From Klebsiella phage vB_KpnM-Bestiario, in the sequence record PV891801.1: a DNA stretch of 24,000 nucleotides, one strand, 5' to 3'. The position numbers were made by a program, and so were the translations under genes. The notes under the pieces were generated by a model. That model did not search any database, was not told where the DNA came from, and saw only the letters and a list, made by a program, of their open reading frames with translations. Below, piece after piece: positions 16,224-23,934 of the stretch (the first letter of the stretch is position 1; every line of letters starts with the position of its first letter).

Positions 16224-18126
16224 CCTCTGTTTCAAACAAGCAAACGTCACTAAACCAGGTCTTGCGGTAATCCGACGCCTTATCACCGAACCCATCATTC
16301 AATGAATTCTTGTAGGCATCATCCAGAACGACCGTCGTAGTATACGCATCCAGATTGTTTAGAATACGTTTGAAATCTTCGGTGCTGTTACCGCCCAGAC
16401 CTTTTAGATATTTCTTCTTTGTGATCTTTTTAGATTCTGGGGTCTTCATGAACTCTTCGTATTCAACGTTGTTCATGAATTCATGCATGGTGTTACCACA
16501 CCACACGCGCATGTACGGGGAGCGCAGAAGTTTAAGACGCCCCTGGCGCACATATTCCGGCCAGAACGTACAGTACATGGTAATCAACAGGCCACGGATA
16601 TGAATGCCGTCATCGTCCGCGTCCGTAGCGACAACCGTGCAAGGATAACGGCTGGTGTCAATCGGTTGCCCCGGTACTGCGCCGCCGTGGATAGTACACA
16701 GGTTCTTGAATTCTTCGTTGGCCATGACCTTGGCGCGCGAAGCGTTCAAACAGTTGATGAATTTACCACGCAGAGGAAACAGACCGATTTTCTTCGTGTC
16801 ACGGGCATTGAGGATAGGGTTAGACGCGCTATCACCCTCGGTCAATACCAGTACGCAGCCTGAACGATCACCACGGGCCGTCGCGGGATAATACTTTTCA
16901 ATTTCACGATAATCCCGTTTGGTGATTTCCTTTTTGGCCTTTTCAAACTCGGCATCATCCTGATCATTACGCAGAGCCGCCAGTTCCTTACCCAACCCGA
17001 TGGTAACATATTCCAGCGCCTTACGAATCAAGCGATCAGACGGTTTGTATGTTGTCCCAAATTGGCTGACGGGAGTGGTCATGCGCTCTTTAGTCTGACT
17101 ATCAAACCGGGGGTTATCGATGTCAGCAGATATGAAAAGCATCATATGGTTCTTGATCATTGCTGGCTTCAATTCTGTCTTGAATTTTTTAGACAGCGGG
17201 GTACGAATTGCAGCGACGATCTGGTCGGCAACATAGTCGACATGCGGCCCGCCGACGTGAGTAGCGATACTATTGACATATGACGCATGCATGAACGTGC
17301 CATTGGACGGCGCGATAGCAACAGACCAATCCCCCGATTCGTCTACAGATGAACCCTGGCAAAAGTAATCCACGAAATGACCAAAGCGATCAATCCGGAT
17401 AGGCTTGCCATTAAGGACGATCTTCAGACGAGGGTTACACGCCGCTACTTCAAATGCCCGGCGATAAATCATGAGCAGATTGTTGTTATCCAGACCTTTG
17501 ATACCCAAACGTTCATAATCCGGAATCCAGGCGATAGTCGTACCCGGCGCGTTCAGGTTACTGATCGTCGGCTCTGAACGTTTGCTCATGTTGTTCTCAA
17601 ACGTCTGAAGATAAGACTTCTTGCCGTCGTTGGTAGATACCCGAAACCATTTTGAGAACACGTTTACGAGAGAAGCGCCTTCGCCGTTCTGGCCACCAGA
17701 TTTCTTGTTGTTGTACTCTTCGTCATCATCGTTGAAGTTACTACCAGCATACAGGGAGCCGAAGAGCATCTCCGGGAGCCATTCTTTGGTCTCACCGTGT
17801 TTTACCACAGGGATGCCGCCGTTGTCAGCAACGATGATCTGGCCGTTCATCGCCATTACTGTAACAGTGATCTCGTTGAGGCGTTTCCCCTCAGGAGTTT
17901 TGCTATGGTCAACGCAGTTCGTGATAATCTCATCGAACTGTTTGATCAGCGCCGGGGAATAGGTAAAGTTGTCTTTGAACACAACCTGATCTTTTACGGG
18001 ATCATAAACCCAAACCGTCCCGGATGTTGAACGGATACTGCCCAGATGGCGTTCTGGGCGAAGAAGGATATGCTCTACATGGGAGAGCTTCTTGTACTTT
18101 CTTTCAATGTTAACGTTACTGGTCAT
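16216..18126 (-). CDS. 39: Type II DNA topoisomerase, large (GyrB-like ATPase + TOPRIM) subunit, T4 gp39-like, undivided
   Basis: 636 aa; RPERHLGS, EIITNCVDHS, VADNGGIPV, GGQNGEGASLVNVFS ATPase motifs; TOPRIM LTEGDSA and ATDADDDGIHI in the same ORF. Confidence 0.92.
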   Translation of the reverse strand: MTSNVNIERKYKKLSHVEHILLRPERHLGSIRSTSGTVWVYDPVKDQVVFKDNFTYSPALIKQFDEIITNCVDHSKTPEGKRLNEITVTVMAMNGQIIVADNGGIPVVKHGETKEWLPEMLFGSLYAGSNFNDDDEEYNNKKSGGQNGEGASLVNVFSKWFRVSTNDGKKSYLQTFENNMSKRSEPTISNLNAPGTTIAWIPDYERLGIKGLDNNNLLMIYRRAFEVAACNPRLKIVLNGKPIRIDRFGHFVDYFCQGSSVDESGDWSVAIAPSNGTFMHASYVNSIATHVGGPHVDYVADQIVAAIRTPLSKKFKTELKPAMIKNHMMLFISADIDNPRFDSQTKERMTTPVSQFGTTYKPSDRLIRKALEYVTIGLGKELAALRNDQDDAEFEKAKKEITKRDYREIEKYYPATARGDRSGCVLVLTEGDSASNPILNARDTKKIGLFPLRGKFINCLNASRAKVMANEEFKNLCTIHGGAVPGQPIDTSRYPCTVVATDADDDGIHIRGLLITMYCTFWPEYVRQGRLKLLRSPYMRVWCGNTMHEFMNNVEYEEFMKTPESKKITKKKYLKGLGGNSTEDFKRILNNLDAYTTTVVLDDAYKNSLNDGFGDKASDYRKTWFSDVCLFETEDE

Positions 18127-18174
18127 CTTCCTATCCCGTCAATGTAAACACACAAGATTATGTATGGGATTGGC

Positions 18175-18801
18175 TTATAGACCAAATTTGCCCCGCCACT
18201 TTTCGACTTTGTGCTCAAATGCGTGCTCAACTTTTATTCTAATCGATGACGGTTCTGCACAATGATAATACGTTCTTCCTTCATCAGTCCCATATTGAGG
18301 GGCGCAACCGTATGACAATGCCAATTGAGCTGTGTATTTGATTAAAGTGCTCACCAGGAAGTTCAAATTATCGGTAGATCTTTGTGGCTGGTTTAGCAAT
18401 CTGGTGATACGCCCTTTCATATGATGGATCATAGCTAAATTCTTTTCTGGCCCTGTGGTGGTATCACAGAAAAGATGGTCTTCAAGGGAATATTGGCGGA
18501 AATCAGAATATCCTTGCGCCAATGCCATTTGGGTTATAATTGAATCAATAATTTCATCTTTCGTCATATTACCATGGATTTGTGCATCTTTGTAATCACA
18601 GACATACAAAAGATCAACTGCTGAGATAATCACGTCAGCTATTTCTCCATTGAGTGGTTCTGAAGCTGCGATGCCGTGGTAAACATCGGAAAGTTCACAT
18701 ACTTCTTCCACCAGTTTACAGAAGACGAAAAATGGAGAACGATCTGGATTGACCGCAGTACATTCATATGACGTATTGACGATATTACGCAGAAATTTCA
18801 T
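18175..18801 (-). CDS. MazG-like nucleotide pyrophosphohydrolase domain protein
   Basis: 208 aa; FCKLVEEVCELSDVYHG...LNGEIADVIISAVDLLYVCD matches EExxE...ExxD pattern of all-alpha NTP pyrophosphohydrolases. Confidence 0.6.
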   Translation of the reverse strand: MKFLRNIVNTSYECTAVNPDRSPFFVFCKLVEEVCELSDVYHGIAASEPLNGEIADVIISAVDLLYVCDYKDAQIHGNMTKDEIIDSIITQMALAQGYSDFRQYSLEDHLFCDTTTGPEKNLAMIHHMKGRITRLLNQPQRSTDNLNFLVSTLIKYTAQLALSYGCAPQYGTDEGRTYYHCAEPSSIRIKVEHAFEHKVEKWRGKFGL

Positions 18802-19283
18802 TTCAAATATCCTTCTAGGCGGAAGCGGTTGATATGCTGTATGATAAAGTCCATAGAGTTTTGAAAACTATATTTTCCCTGATGTTCATATGCATGTATC
18901 AGGGGAAGGCGGCTGTGGGCTAATTGGAAACGCAGCTTGGGTGGCATCGTCATCAATTTTTGGCTTGTTGCTGCAATGATGTCGTGTTTAAATTTGGGGT
19001 CATCAGGAGACAGAACGACAATCTGCGACTTGGCCAGAGTCTGACCGAATTGTTTGGCATCATTTCCATAAAGACTACGCAGGTCATCGTGCCGATATTT
19101 GAGCCAATACCAGTAGCCTTCCATCGAGTTGAAAACACCATCGACAGTATCCATGGGATGGTATGCAAAATGAGACAGGAATCTCCCCAGCTCGGTGCGG
19201 CTCCGACTGTAAATGTTGTAATGTGTCTTGCCTTCATCATCCGGCGTCATACGATCTTTTGGAACATTGAGTAATAGGAACAT
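18798..19283 (-). CDS. NADAR-like (YbiA/DUF1768-type) domain protein
   Basis: 161 aa; NIYSRSRTELGRFLSHFAYHPM...FNSMEGYWYWLKY...AKQFGQ...F...I..A...K......L...L..SRLPLIHAYEH aligns by eye with the YbiA pattern FYS..D.YGDFSNFA..PI...WPTSEHYFQAQKF...LL.T....LVEHT. Confidence 0.5.
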   Translation of the reverse strand: MFLLLNVPKDRMTPDDEGKTHYNIYSRSRTELGRFLSHFAYHPMDTVDGVFNSMEGYWYWLKYRHDDLRSLYGNDAKQFGQTLAKSQIVVLSPDDPKFKHDIIAATSQKLMTMPPKLRFQLAHSRLPLIHAYEHQGKYSFQNSMDFIIQHINRFRLEGYLK

Positions 19284-19326
19284 GATATAGGATTCTCAAA
19301 TCAATATATTGCTGTGTGTAGCAGAT

Positions 19327-19518
19327 TTATAATTTCCTGGATGCGATCAGGAAACTGACGACAGATACAGCACCAAACAGCCCAGATAATATAAATCTGA
19401 CCAAAGGGAAGTCAGGGGCCGCAACAAGACTGACTGCGTTTTCCAGGCATATCATGAATGATATACCACAAATCATTCCCAGGGCGAACTGATTCGGTTT
19501 ATGACGTAAACGTACCAT
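19327..19518 (-). CDS. Small membrane protein, two predicted TM helices
   Basis: 63-aa ORF with very strong SD (GAGGAGGTGTGAAATG on minus strand). Confidence 0.65.
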   Translation of the reverse strand: MVRLRHKPNQFALGMICGISFMICLENAVSLVAAPDFPLVRFILSGLFGAVSVVSFLIASRKL

Positions 19519-19539
19519 TTCACACCTCCTCTGGTTGAT

Positions 19540-19563
19540 TAATAGGGGCTTTGGCCCCTATTA
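19540..19563 (-). terminator. Hairpin TAATAGGGGC-TTTG-GCCCCTATTA between two minus-strand genes
   Basis: 10-bp stem, 4-nt loop, AT-rich base; no clean U-tract so terminator function is uncertain. Confidence 0.5.
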
Positions 19564-19564
19564 T

Positions 19565-20047
19565 TTAGCCGAGAAAGACAACTAGTTCAACAGTAAATAA
19601 TCTTTCTATGTTGTGCGCTATCATATTCCATGTTTCTTCTACTCTAGAGGTTCCAATCTCGTCTGTGATTATAAGAATTCTTATATTTCGATTGGATATG
19701 ATATGATGTTTATTACTGAAATCATATTTTGTTATGACGTTGTTTCTATCATCTATCGTTGGAAAGTCTTTGAACATACGTTGTTCTTTATCGTACAAAG
19801 CCAAAACTTCAATACCAGTTTTGGAATAAAAATCATTAGACACTATTTGTTTTAACGCGGCTGTATGCCCTGTTGCCCTCATCACTCTGTAGTATATCGC
19901 GTTATCACGGAGAAAATGATAATGACTGGCCTTTGATGTGGATGCCCTATGTTTAACAACTTCTAAAGAATCTATCAATAATTGCTTTATCAATTCAATA
20001 TGTGGGGTGATCGCGATATTTACTTCACGTTTGACTAATGAATTCAT
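19565..20047 (-). CDS. Hypothetical protein (about 160 aa)
   Basis: Likely start MNSLVKREVNIAITPH at 20047 (SD GAGGA upstream); the upstream part of the longer ORF crosses a terminator and is not expected to be coding. Confidence 0.55.
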   Translation of the reverse strand: MNSLVKREVNIAITPHIELIKQLLIDSLEVVKHRASTSKASHYHFLRDNAIYYRVMRATGHTAALKQIVSNDFYSKTGIEVLALYDKEQRMFKDFPTIDDRNNVITKYDFSNKHHIISNRNIRILIITDEIGTSRVEETWNMIAHNIERLFTVELVVFLG

Positions 20048-20115
20048 TTGTGTATCCTCGGTTAAGTTCCGCTCATGGGGAACTGGTGGATTATACCCCG
20101 AGTAACACATAAAGA

Positions 20116-20137
20116 AAAAGAGGCCGAAGCCTCTTTT
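20116..20137 (-). terminator. Rho-independent terminator
   Basis: AAAAGAGGC-CGAA-GCCTCTTTT; minus strand has a TTCG tetraloop and TTTTT tail (GGCTTCGGCCTCTTTTTC). Confidence 0.85.
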
Positions 20138-20357
20138 ATTCATCATACTTGCCTGTCCTGAAATTCCATTTCTTGGCTTTGCTGAAGTCAATATCCTTGA
20201 AGATATTCCCGAAGAGTTTCTTGAACTCTGATTCCTCTTCAAGATCCTTCGGTTTCTTCACGGGTTCCTTGACCATACCGCCTTCGGGTTTCCCCACATC
20301 GGCGGTCGTGGTGGCAGGAGGAGAAGAATCTTCAAGGAAATCCTTGAAGGTCTTCAT
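20136..20357 (-). CDS. Small acidic/lysine-rich hypothetical protein, possibly virion-associated
   Basis: 73 aa, MKTFKDFLEDSSPPATTTADVGKPEGG...; immediately downstream of the Ig-domain gene. Confidence 0.5.
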   Translation of the reverse strand: MKTFKDFLEDSSPPATTTADVGKPEGGMVKEPVKKPKDLEEESEFKKLFGNIFKDIDFSKAKKWNFRTGKYDE

Positions 20358-20358
20358 A

Positions 20359-21168
20359 TTAGACTACAGCCATTTCACAACGGGTAGAAGTCACTGAATG
20401 GCCATCGGCATCAGAAACAACACACCAATATTCGCCTTCGTCGGCAGCATCCACAGCAGTCACAACCAGGTTAGCGGTTGATGCAGTCGCGTTGGTGCCA
20501 GCGTCAATAACCGAACCTGCGCCACCCGGCACATCAGAGAAATACCACACATAAGTGTACGGGGTAGTGCCGCCAGCAGCGACAACGCTAAATGTCGCGT
20601 CTTCACCACCTGTCACGTCTTTAGTTGCCGTCAGATCGGTTGAAAGAGACAAAGCGCCCGCAACGGTGATGACGGTTGAATCGACATGGTTGCCTTCTAC
20701 GGTGACGCCATAGACGGTAACGGAACCGGACTGAAGCAGTTTGAATTTACCGCCGCCGATATGGACCGCTTTAGTCACGTCACCGGAATACCAGTTGACG
20801 CCTTTGTAGGTTGCATTCGCCGGGGCCACCGTCGCCAGAAGTTCAACCACCTGCCCAATTTCACCATTGGCGGTTGCCGGGGTGATAGTCAGGCCAGTAG
20901 TCAGGACTGCGCTGGGATCGTGAATTTCGTAAGATACCAGGAAGCCAACGGGCTTCGAAGGATCGATTTTGGTCACGCCGTCTGCTTCCAGATTAGATTT
21001 GGTCAGCAGTGCATCAAGACCTTTACATTCGGTCAGAATTTCGTCCGGGTCTTGGTTCAGGCTAGTTTTCTGCCAGCCCTTGGCAACCCCGGTAACAACA
21101 TGACCACGTTCGGTCTCCGGTTTGTTGCGTACAACATACGGCGCGACTAATACATTGATTGTTGGCAT
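20359..21168 (-). CDS. Hoc-like virion decoration protein with tandem Ig-like domains
   Basis: Likely start MPTINVL at 21168; BIG-like segment TTGLTITPATANGEIGQVVELLATVAPANATYKGVNWYSGD and Ig segment GEDATFSVVAAGGTTPYTYVWYFS...DAADEGEYWCVVSDADG. Confidence 0.7.
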   Translation of the reverse strand: MPTINVLVAPYVVRNKPETERGHVVTGVAKGWQKTSLNQDPDEILTECKGLDALLTKSNLEADGVTKIDPSKPVGFLVSYEIHDPSAVLTTGLTITPATANGEIGQVVELLATVAPANATYKGVNWYSGDVTKAVHIGGGKFKLLQSGSVTVYGVTVEGNHVDSTVITVAGALSLSTDLTATKDVTGGEDATFSVVAAGGTTPYTYVWYFSDVPGGAGSVIDAGTNATASTANLVVTAVDAADEGEYWCVVSDADGHSVTSTRCEMAVV

Positions 21169-21539
21169 GGTTTCCTCCACTCATCCAAATCGTTGTTCAG
21201 AGCCATCATCAGCTCGTTATCTGGTTCATAAGAACCGGAACATAAATCATCTCTCCATACACCTAACGTCAACAACGCTGCTTTCAGACGAGGATGTTGG
21301 GACTTGTCAGTTTTCAACACTAACATTCGGCATACAGCCTCAGTCTCAAATGTGTTGAAAAGCGTAATCAATTGATTGATAAGGACTCGGGGGCTTTTCC
21401 CGGGGACAAATCGTTTCAATGATTGATTAATTAGCGAAATTCGCTGAATGTCCACCATCAAATCATCTCTTGAGACACAAGGAGTAATATAATGCCTCAG
21501 AGCGTATTCCATTAAATTGCTTTCATCAACAATAGGCAT
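21147..21539 (-). CDS. Conserved phage protein of the cyanophage-type 'R..YI.RL..R.....LI.N.I..L.N.F' family (function unknown)
   Basis: 130 aa; DDLMVDIQRISLINQSLKRFVPGKSPRVLINQLITLFNTFETEAVCRMLVLK; 22-nt overlap with the Ig-domain gene. Confidence 0.5.
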   Translation of the reverse strand: MPIVDESNLMEYALRHYITPCVSRDDLMVDIQRISLINQSLKRFVPGKSPRVLINQLITLFNTFETEAVCRMLVLKTDKSQHPRLKAALLTLGVWRDDLCSGSYEPDNELMMALNNDLDEWRKPCQQSMY

Positions 21540-21570
21540 ATAGAATAAGTTCAGCTGTTGTACACTGGAC

Positions 21571-21578
21571 TTATTTAA
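21571..21578 (-). promoter_or_regulatory. Possible late promoter -10 element (TTAAATAA)
   Basis: Minus strand GATTAAATAAGTCC about 32-39 nt upstream of the 21539 start; same TAAATA core as at 8294-8301. Confidence 0.3.
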
Positions 21579-21981
21579 TCTGAAGTTTTTCTATCAATTT
21601 GGCGATCAGTTTGTCCCGGTCTGTTTCTACAATCCCCAGAGGCTCACCCAATACTGACAGATCGTTGATATCCAGGAGATTGAGGGTTTCTACTGTAATA
21701 TCAGTGCTGATGACCGTACCCGGTTCTATCGGTCGGCCGAATTTGTCACGACCATAACGTTTGAGGGTGCTGGCAAGCCCGGTTAGCTCCTCCAGAAGCT
21801 CCTTATCGCCGTTTTTATGCTCGCACACCCAACCGTAGTCGCCAGCATATACCGTGGCGCCGTCGCCAACGTTCGGGATGTTATCCAGGACGCGCTGCAG
21901 GTATGATGGGATTTTCTGTTCTTCTACTGCGGTGATTGGGTCAACAACAGCAGTATCTTTAACTTTCGGTGTCTTGGCCAT
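21571..21981 (-). CDS. Hypothetical protein (136 aa)
   Basis: Likely start MAKTPKVKDTAVVD at 21981 with SD AGGAG (minus AGGAGAACTGAACATG). Confidence 0.65.
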   Translation of the reverse strand: MAKTPKVKDTAVVDPITAVEEQKIPSYLQRVLDNIPNVGDGATVYAGDYGWVCEHKNGDKELLEELTGLASTLKRYGRDKFGRPIEPGTVISTDITVETLNLLDINDLSVLGEPLGIVETDRDKLIAKLIEKLQIK

Positions 21982-22255
21982 GTTCAGTTCTCCTATAGAC
22001 TTTGATATATTTACCACAGCAATTGCATTGGTATTCATGCATACAACGCCCGTCGTCATTAAAGTCACATGCCCCACAACGACAGAATAATTTTACGAAT
22101 TGGCTCCCTTCAATATTCCTGACCGGGAAATGTTTGTATGAATATTCTCGCATTTCACCGTCAAATTGAAAAGAATCAATTAAGAATTTTTCAGTCGTTC
22201 TATAAGGCCCAAATGTCTGGCGAGCATATTTGAAATAAACATCTCTGGTTTCCAT
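21959..22255 (-). CDS. Small zinc-ribbon-like protein
   Basis: 98 aa with CRCGACDFNDDGRCMHEYQCNCCGKYI; overlaps the next gene start by about 23 nt. Confidence 0.5.
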   Translation of the reverse strand: METRDVYFKYARQTFGPYRTTEKFLIDSFQFDGEMREYSYKHFPVRNIEGSQFVKLFCRCGACDFNDDGRCMHEYQCNCCGKYIKVYRRTEHGQDTES

Positions 22256-22272
22256 GAATTAACTCCAACAAA

Positions 22273-22290
22273 AAGGGGCCGAAGCCCCTT
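22273..22290 (-). terminator. Rho-independent terminator downstream of rIIB
   Basis: AAGGGGC-CGAA-GCCCCTT; minus strand GGGGCTTCGGCCCCTTTTTG, TTCG loop and T5 tail. Confidence 0.88.
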
Positions 22291-22307
22291 ATTTTACGCT
22301 GTCGTGA

Positions 22308-23891
22308 TTAACGATAAAGCCCTTCAACGTCAATGGATTTGTGTTGACGATTATACTCAGTGGTGTAGTCGTCTAGCACCAGATATTCACAGCAGCGAAT
22401 TTTACTGGACTTGTAGTCATCAGTAATCGACACGATGTCCTTCGGGTTCAGCTTACAACGAACAACGCGCTGACCCAAGTGGCCGAAGCATTGCTTCAGA
22501 TATGCCAGCGAGCAGACGTGCAGCCCATAGGAGCACAGGTCTTTGTTGTCATCGTTAACGAAGGAACGCGCCATGCGTACAATCGTTCCCGGAGTGTTGT
22601 CGATCGTACCAGAGTGCTTGTCCATGTAATTGCCACGGACCGACTTGTACAGAATGATGTCACCGTCTTCGGCAATCTCAATATCCGAGTATGCCATGAA
22701 TTCATAGATGCGGCCAGACTGTACCAGGGACGAACTCGGGTTCTGGAACATCTTATCCAGGAAGTTCGTCAGGCGCTGCATGTTGCTGTAATCACCACGC
22801 AGCATCAGTGTCAGGATACGCTTGGCGACGCTCGTGCCAGTGATATCATGACCGGACCAACGAACACGGTTATTGCTGATGTCAACCAGGCCTGTCGCAA
22901 ATTTCTCAATAGCTTCGCGCGGCTTCATCAACGTATACGCCAGTTTGATGTCACGAGATTTAATCGCTTCAACGATTCGGTCATACGACTGGTGGCTGGT
23001 CGTGATCGTTTCCGGTTTGCCATCGATGACAATAACGACGCTCTCCGGCAGGATCATGATCTGGTGTTCATTCAAGAACACGCTCAGTTCCTTATCACCG
23101 AATTCAGTCTTGGTCTGTTTATCGGTCATTTCTTGCACTTCTTTCAGTTTGACTTTGAAAGTCACCGAAGAAAGAGCGAGACGCAGGGTACGACCGAGGA
23201 TGCTGTCGTAATAACCGACCCGGCGGCGGGCGTCCATGGAGCCGCGCATCGGATACGTGTCATCATCAGGCAAGACAACCGTGATTTCGGACATTTCACC
23301 TTTGTAACCTTCAACCAAGGCCGCAGCCACTTCGGCCAGCGCAACGATTTTATCGCCATCTTGTTTAGAGGAAAACTTTTTAGAATCTTCTGAAGCCTTC
23401 AGCTGATCGCGCGGTATCATGGCTGCTTTGATCACGTCATAGCTGTCGTCCGTATACCGCAAACACAGGAATTGTCCGTGATTCTCCATGAATTTGCCGA
23501 TATACCACTCTTCGTCGTCTTTTTCATAGACAGCCACGCCGCCTTCCAGCACTTCGAATTCTTTTGTGGCGTCCGATGTTTTAATCGGAGAGATCACCGT
23601 GATGTTGTTGGCTTGCTTCACGATACGGACCATCAGAGCACGGGCGATAGTTTTGGCGCTGACCCCATAAGCCGCTGCCAGGGTAGCATTGCTTTCCCCG
23701 GAATTGCTCTGAGATTGGATCATCTCAATCTGCTCAGTGGTCAGAGATTTCAAAGAAGCCGGATCAACACCCAGCTCCTGGTCGGACACACGCTGTACCA
23801 TTGAGCGAGGAACGCCCAATTCGTTAGCGATAGAATTCTGGCTTTTGCCATCCTTCAACATCCGCAAAATACTTTTTTCGGTAGCAGTCAT
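22308..23891 (-). CDS. rIIB: rIIB-like protein
   Basis: 527 aa; N-terminal HTH repeats and C-terminal DGDIILYKSVRGNYMDKHSGTIDNTPGTIVRMARSFVNDDNKDLCSYGLHVCS...VVRCKLNPKDIVSITDDYKSSKIRCCEYLVLDD matching T4 rIIB. Confidence 0.9.
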   Translation of the reverse strand: MTATEKSILRMLKDGKSQNSIANELGVPRSMVQRVSDQELGVDPASLKSLTTEQIEMIQSQSNSGESNATLAAAYGVSAKTIARALMVRIVKQANNITVISPIKTSDATKEFEVLEGGVAVYEKDDEEWYIGKFMENHGQFLCLRYTDDSYDVIKAAMIPRDQLKASEDSKKFSSKQDGDKIVALAEVAAALVEGYKGEMSEITVVLPDDDTYPMRGSMDARRRVGYYDSILGRTLRLALSSVTFKVKLKEVQEMTDKQTKTEFGDKELSVFLNEHQIMILPESVVIVIDGKPETITTSHQSYDRIVEAIKSRDIKLAYTLMKPREAIEKFATGLVDISNNRVRWSGHDITGTSVAKRILTLMLRGDYSNMQRLTNFLDKMFQNPSSSLVQSGRIYEFMAYSDIEIAEDGDIILYKSVRGNYMDKHSGTIDNTPGTIVRMARSFVNDDNKDLCSYGLHVCSLAYLKQCFGHLGQRVVRCKLNPKDIVSITDDYKSSKIRCCEYLVLDDYTTEYNRQHKSIDVEGLYR

Positions 23892-23916
23892 CTTGTAGTT
23901 CCCACTTTGTGTTAGA

Positions 23917-23934
23917 CGGGGCTATTATGCCCCG
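23917..23934. other. Intercistronic hairpin CGGGGC-TATTAT-GCCCCG with the upstream gene's stop codon in the loop
   Basis: Minus strand ...CTC GGG GCA TAA TAG CCCCG; stop TAA at 23927-23925. Confidence 0.6.

Noticed and set aside
16355-18030. Several 66-126-aa + strand ORFs over the topoisomerase large subunit
   Set aside because: Antisense shadows of a gene with clear ATPase and TOPRIM motifs.
20048-20242. N-terminal extension of the 225-aa minus ORF (MKRNQSSRNSSG...)
   Set aside because: It overlaps the 20136 gene and its rho-independent terminator; the internal ATG at 20047 with an SD is more credible.
22479-23393. 304-aa + strand ORF
   Set aside because: Entirely antisense to the well-supported rIIB gene; low-complexity Arg/Val/Gln-rich composition typical of a shadow ORF.
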